The translations under genes were made by a program, and so were the position numbers. The notes under the pieces are model-generated. The model saw nothing but the letters and a program-made list of their open reading frames with translations. It made no database searches and was not told the DNA's origin. Of a stretch of DNA of 64,000 nt, positions 63,658 to 64,000 are shown one piece after another. The stretch comes from Candidatus Bathyarchaeota archaeon. Its GTDB lineage: Archaea > Thermoproteota > Bathyarchaeia > Bathyarchaeales > Bathyarchaeaceae. The stretch spans positions 65,313-129,312 of the forward strand of contig CAVOMX010000018.1 in assembly GCA_963697165.1 (NCBI GenBank), given 5' to 3'. Each line of letters starts with the position of its first letter. Positions within the stretch are counted from its first letter, which is position 1.

Positions 63658-63765
63658 AGAAGGGTTTGCTGGGGCTTTAGCACAGTTGTTGATTAGTGAT
63701 GGTCACATCCAACCTAGGGGAAAGAATGTGTACTCCTGTGTTTTGAGCCTTCTCAGCCCCATTCT
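63658..63765. ncRNA. bulge-helix-bulge-type hairpin element, copy D
   Basis: GGG-TTT-GCTG-GGGCT ... AGCCT-TCT-CAGC-CCC; interior nearly identical to copy C. Confidence 0.7.
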
Positions 63766-63849
63766 ATTCCTTTTATTAGTTCCAAAAAAGGGTGAAGATT
63801 TTTTGTGTATATTGCCCTGTTTGAATAAAATTGCCCTAATGGACTATAG

Positions 63850-64000
63850 GTAGCCATTTTTTCTTCTATTGTTTCTATTTCCTTTGAGTTGAATCGTGCA
63901 TATTTTTTGTTTCAGAGACTTCTTTTCTAATTGTAAGTTCTTTTGTTTTCTCTGGAAAGCCTTCTTCTGGTCCGCAATATACTAGCTTAAAATCTGGAGC
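63850..64000 (-). CDS. partial paralog of the 60237-60425 small protein (start outside window; end approximate)
   Basis: APDFKLVYCGPEEGFPEKTKELTIRKEVSE. Confidence 0.7.

Noticed and set aside
18062..63765. Hairpin family as SECIS elements or C/D box sRNAs
   Set aside because: No credible selenoprotein upstream; the TGATGA box-C-like word is mutated in copy D and absent in E-G, and no properly placed terminal box D exists
18062..63765. Hairpin family as CRISPR repeats or classical MITEs
   Set aside because: Copies are dispersed with no repeat-spacer periodicity; no cas or transposase gene in the window and no target-site duplications were evident (MITE origin not fully excluded)

Overview
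Archaeal chromosomal window, most likely Bathyarchaeia (TACK). That assignment is inferred from the eukaryote-like topoisomerase IB, a TackOD1 protein, the rpl15e-RNase P cluster and an expanded family of large beta-propeller surface proteins. Many genes, including essential ones, are split by single-base indels, which looks like uncorrected long-read error rather than biology. Content: redox genes, a divergent TFB paralog, a type IV pilus locus (5 pilin-like genes, ATPase, 2 TadC, TackOD1), a TrmB regulator, three paralogous ~2.5-2.7 kb PQQ-like beta-propeller surface-protein genes, rpl15e/COG1325/rnp3/rnp2, amt preceded by two duplicated KaiC/RAD55-like ATPases, an orphan DNA methyltransferase, tRNA-Cys with an adjacent split-integrase relic, copA, nnr, tsr3, topo IB, NAC, gdhA, an M16 peptidase, fprA and a B12 radical SAM enzyme. 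The most striking unexplained structure is non-coding. Seven dispersed ~100-125 nt hairpins (18062, 20722, 20881, 55711, 56951, 60043, 63658) keep a 3-nt bulge / 4-bp helix / 3-nt bulge geometry despite diverged interiors. On the minus strand this is the bulge-helix-bulge substrate of the archaeal splicing endonuclease. They sit in a repeated module with a shared TGTCAG-N7-CTGACA-type operator, a covarying 5' leader hairpin, the surface-protein genes and a small repeated ORF. The transcribed strand of the hairpins cannot be settled from sequence alone.
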